Shown here: piece after piece, positions 47,688-50,181 of the stretch
How the letters are laid out: every line of letters starts with the position of its first letter
How positions within the stretch are numbered: position 1 is the stretch's first letter
Assembly: GCA_035571995.1 (NCBI GenBank)
Contig: DATNBK010000243.1
Span: 1-50,181 of the forward strand
Length of the DNA stretch: 50,181 nucleotides
Direction of reading: 5' to 3'
DNA from: Rhodanobacter sp.
Lineage (GTDB): Bacteria; Pseudomonadota; Gammaproteobacteria; Xanthomonadales; Rhodanobacteraceae
Notes under the pieces: generated by a model
The model's database searches: none
What the model was told of the DNA's origin: nothing
Seen by the model: the letters and a program-made list of their open reading frames with translations, nothing else
Translations under genes and position numbers: made by a program

Positions 47688-48115
47688 ATGTGCGGCCCTG
47701 CGGTGTCCCGGGCGCACCCATGGATCGCCCGCGGAGCTTGGCGAAGGAGTGCGGGTCTGGAGCCGCAGTCCGCCAAAACTGTGCCGGTGACGCGCCTGGA
47801 AGGGCATGCTGCGCGCACGGCGGGCAAGGGCAGTGGGACTTCCGGCATATTGTCCGGCACGGCGACAGACAGCCATCATGCAGCAGGTGCGGGATGGCGC
47901 ACTGGCCTACCTGCGGGCCGCGCACCTCGATCCGGGATGCGCTGCATTTGCCGGTTACACTCGCAGCGCTCGATGCGTGCGTGGCTATCGCCGGGGAGTT
48001 CCCACAGCGTGCAGCCAGACTGGATCGGAGCGATGCGAGGAGCATCGTCCGCCCACCGGTCCCCATACCTGGGCATTGCAGCACTTCCATCCATCTGGCA
48101 GGAGATCCCCGCCCC

Positions 48116-50181
48116 ATGTTGATCCGAAAGTTTGCGCAGACCTGGTTGTTGACGTCGCTGGCGCTGGTAGCGCTGGCCTTGCCCATGGCGCCAGTACAGG
48201 CGCAGCAGGCTGATGCCTCGCTCTACAGCGGCGTGCAGTGGCGCATGATTGGCCCATTCCGCGGCGGCCGCACGGTCGGGATGTCCGGCGTGCCGGGCCA
48301 GCCCAACGTGTTCTACATGGGCGTGAACAACGGCGGCGTATGGAAGTCCGAGAACTTCGGGCGTACCTGGGAACCGCTGTTCAAGGGTGACGAAAGCAAT
48401 TCCGTGGGCGACCTGGCCGTGGCCAAGTCCAACCCGAACGTCATTTACGTGGGCTCGGGCGAGGGCCTGATCCGGCCGGACCTGTCCACCGGTGATGGCA
48501 TGTACAAGTCCACCGACGCCGGCAAGACCTGGCAGCACCTGGGCTTGCGCGACGGCCAGCAGATTGCCTCGATCGTGGTCGATCCGCAGGACGAGAACAA
48601 GTTGTTCGTGGCGGTGCTTGGCCATCCATACGGCCCGAATACAGAGCGTGGCGTGTATCGCTCGACCGACGGCGGCAAATCCTTCCAGCAGGTGCTGTAC
48701 AAGAACCCGGACGTGGGCGCGGTGCAGGTGGCGCTCGACCCGGCCGACCCGCATACGGTGTATGCGGTGCTGTGGGCCACGCGGCATGCGCCGTGGACGG
48801 GCCAGAGTGCGCTCAATGGCGTGCCGGGCAGCGGCTTGTTCAAGTCCACCGATGACGGCGCGACCTGGAAGCAGGTTGGCCAGGGCCTGCCCACGGTGGC
48901 GCAGGGCCTGGGCCGCATCGGCATCGGCATCGCGCCCAGCGACGCCAAGCGCATTTATGCGCAGGTGGAGGCGCCGCCGGCCTTTGCTGGCACGTATCGT
49001 TCCGACGACGCGGGCCAGAGCTTCCAGCGCGTCAACGATGAGCCGCGCATCCACGGCCGTGGGCAGGATTTTGCCGAGGTCGCGGTGGCGCCGGACAATC
49101 CCGACGAGATCTACGTCGCCAACACGTCGTTCTATCGCTCGCTGGACGCCGGCAAGACCTTCGAGGCGATCAAGGGCGCGCCTGGCGGCGATGACTACCA
49201 CCGCATCTGGATCAATCCGGAAAACCCGAAGATCATCGCGCTCGGCGTGGACCAGGGCGGCACCCTGAGCGTCGACGGCGGCAAGACCTGGAGCTCCTGG
49301 TACAACCAGCCGACCGCGGCGGCGTACCACATCATCACCGACAACGAATTCCCCTACAACGTCTACGCCTCGCAGCAGGAAAGCGGCTCGGTCGGCATCA
49401 CCAGCCGCAGCAATGACGGGCAGATCACGTTGCGTGATTGGCACCCGGTGGGTGTGGAGGAGTACGGCTATGTCGCGCCCGATCCGCTCAACCCCAACAT
49501 CATCTATGGCGGCAAGGTGACCCGGCACAACCGCATCACCGGGCAGACCCAGTTTGTCGGTCCGCAGATCGGGCGCGGTGGCGAGTACCGCACGAACCGC
49601 ACGGCACCGCTGCTGTTCTCGCCGGCTGATCCGCACGTGCTGTTCTACGGTACCAACGTGCTGTTCAAGACCAGCAATGGCGGCGAAACCTGGGACAAGA
49701 TCAGCCCGGACCTGTCGCGGCCGAATGCGGGCAAGCCGACGAGCCTGGCGCCGTTCAACGCCAAGGTGGACCCGCGTGACCACCGCGGCGTCATCTACAG
49801 CATCGGGCCGTCGTTCAAGAACGTGGACACGATCTGGGCCGGCACCGACGATGGCTACATCTGGCTCACCCGCGACGGTGGCAAGCATTGGGACAACGTC
49901 ACGCCCAAGGGCATGACCGGCTGGAGCAAGGTCACGCAACTGGTGGCCTCGCACTACGACGACCAGACGGCTTACGCCTCGGTCAGCCGCTTCCGCCTGG
50001 ACGACTTGAAGCCCTACATCTACCGCACCCACGACGGCGGCAAGACCTGGAAGCTGATCGTCAACGGCCTGCCGGACAACGCTTCGGTCAACGTGGTGCG
50101 CGAGGACCCGGTGCAAAAGGGATTGCTGGTTGCCGGCACCGAGCGCGCGGTGTGGTTCTCGGCCGACGATGGCGAACATTG
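48116..50181 (+). CDS. Second secreted VPS10/BNR beta-propeller protein, 3'-truncated by window edge (absent from ORF track)
   Basis: AGGAG RBS. ATG 48116 begins MLIRKFAQTWLLTSLALVALALPMAPVQA, then [31 protein letters not shown] and repeated Asp boxes. Frame appears open to the window end. Confidence 0.88.
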   Translation, partial: MLIRKFAQTWLLTSLALVALALPMAPVQAQQADASLYSGVQWRMIGPFRGGRTVGMSGVPGQPNVFYMGVNNGGVWKSENFGRTWEPLFKGDESNSVGDLAVAKSNPNVIYVGSGEGLIRPDLSTGDGMYKSTDAGKTWQHLGLRDGQQIASIVVDPQDENKLFVAVLGHPYGPNTERGVYRSTDGGKSFQQVLYKNPDVGAVQVALDPADPHTVYAVLWATRHAPWTGQSALNGVPGSGLFKSTDDGATWKQVGQGLPTVAQGLGRIGIGIAPSDAKRIYAQVEAPPAFAGTYRSDDAGQSFQRVNDEPRIHGRGQDFAEVAVAPDNPDEIYVANTSFYRSLDAGKTFEAIKGAPGGDDYHRIWINPENPKIIALGVDQGGTLSVDGGKTWSSWYNQPTAAAYHIITDNEFPYNVYASQQESGSVGITSRSNDGQITLRDWHPVGVEEYGYVAPDPLNPNIIYGGKVTRHNRITGQTQFVGPQIGRGGEYRTNRTAPLLFSPADPHVLFYGTNVLFKTSNGGETWDKISPDLSRPNAGKPTSLAPFNAKVDPRDHRGVIYSIGPSFKNVDTIWAGTDDGYIWLTRDGGKHWDNVTPKGMTGWSKVTQLVASHYDDQTAYASVSRFRLDDLKPYIYRTHDGGKTWKLIVNGLPDNASVNVVREDPVQKGLLVAGTERAVWFSADDGEH

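Noticed and set aside
46410-47879. 489-aa ImuA and 275-aa LexA
   Set aside because: Upstream in-frame extensions lack homology-like character. Starts at 47033 and 47653 give normal sizes.
47876-50179. 767-aa minus-strand ORF
   Set aside because: Antisense shadow of the real plus-strand VPS10-type gene starting at 48116.

Overview
High-GC bacterial chromosomal segment. The TonB-receptor style and the tamAB and lexA2-imuABC content suggest a Xanthomonadales/Rhodanobacteraceae-like gammaproteobacterium (inference). In order: (1) 3' end of an Fsr-like MFS gene. (2) A minus-strand nutrient-scavenging cluster: M14 carboxypeptidase-like protein, TonB-dependent receptor, VPS10/BNR beta-propeller protein, APH-kinase/M23-like/class-III aminotransferase fusion and APC permease. 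It ends in a 171-bp, 88%-identical orphan copy of the VPS10 gene's 3' end, which supplies the permease stop codon. (3) tamA-tamB and an NdvB-like GH17-GT2 glucan synthase. (4) A 16-kb inositol/phytate locus: TonB receptor, lipoprotein histidine-acid phytase, two tandem iolG paralogs, iolR, iolCDEBA, a GlpT/UhpT-type organophosphate antiporter and an inositol monophosphatase, with IolR-type GGAA-N6-TTCC boxes at all three promoter regions. (5) An S53 protease without a clear signal peptide, with a (KP)7 tail, coupled to a 68-aa ORF. (6) A lexA2-imuA-imuB-dnaE2 mutagenesis cassette with an unusual palindromic operator candidate. (7) The 5' part of a second VPS10-type gene that the ORF track missed. 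I saw no tRNA, rRNA, CRISPR array, integrase or transposase. The best candidate for an undescribed system is the phytate-to-central-metabolism locus, which appears to import inositol monophosphate rather than free inositol.
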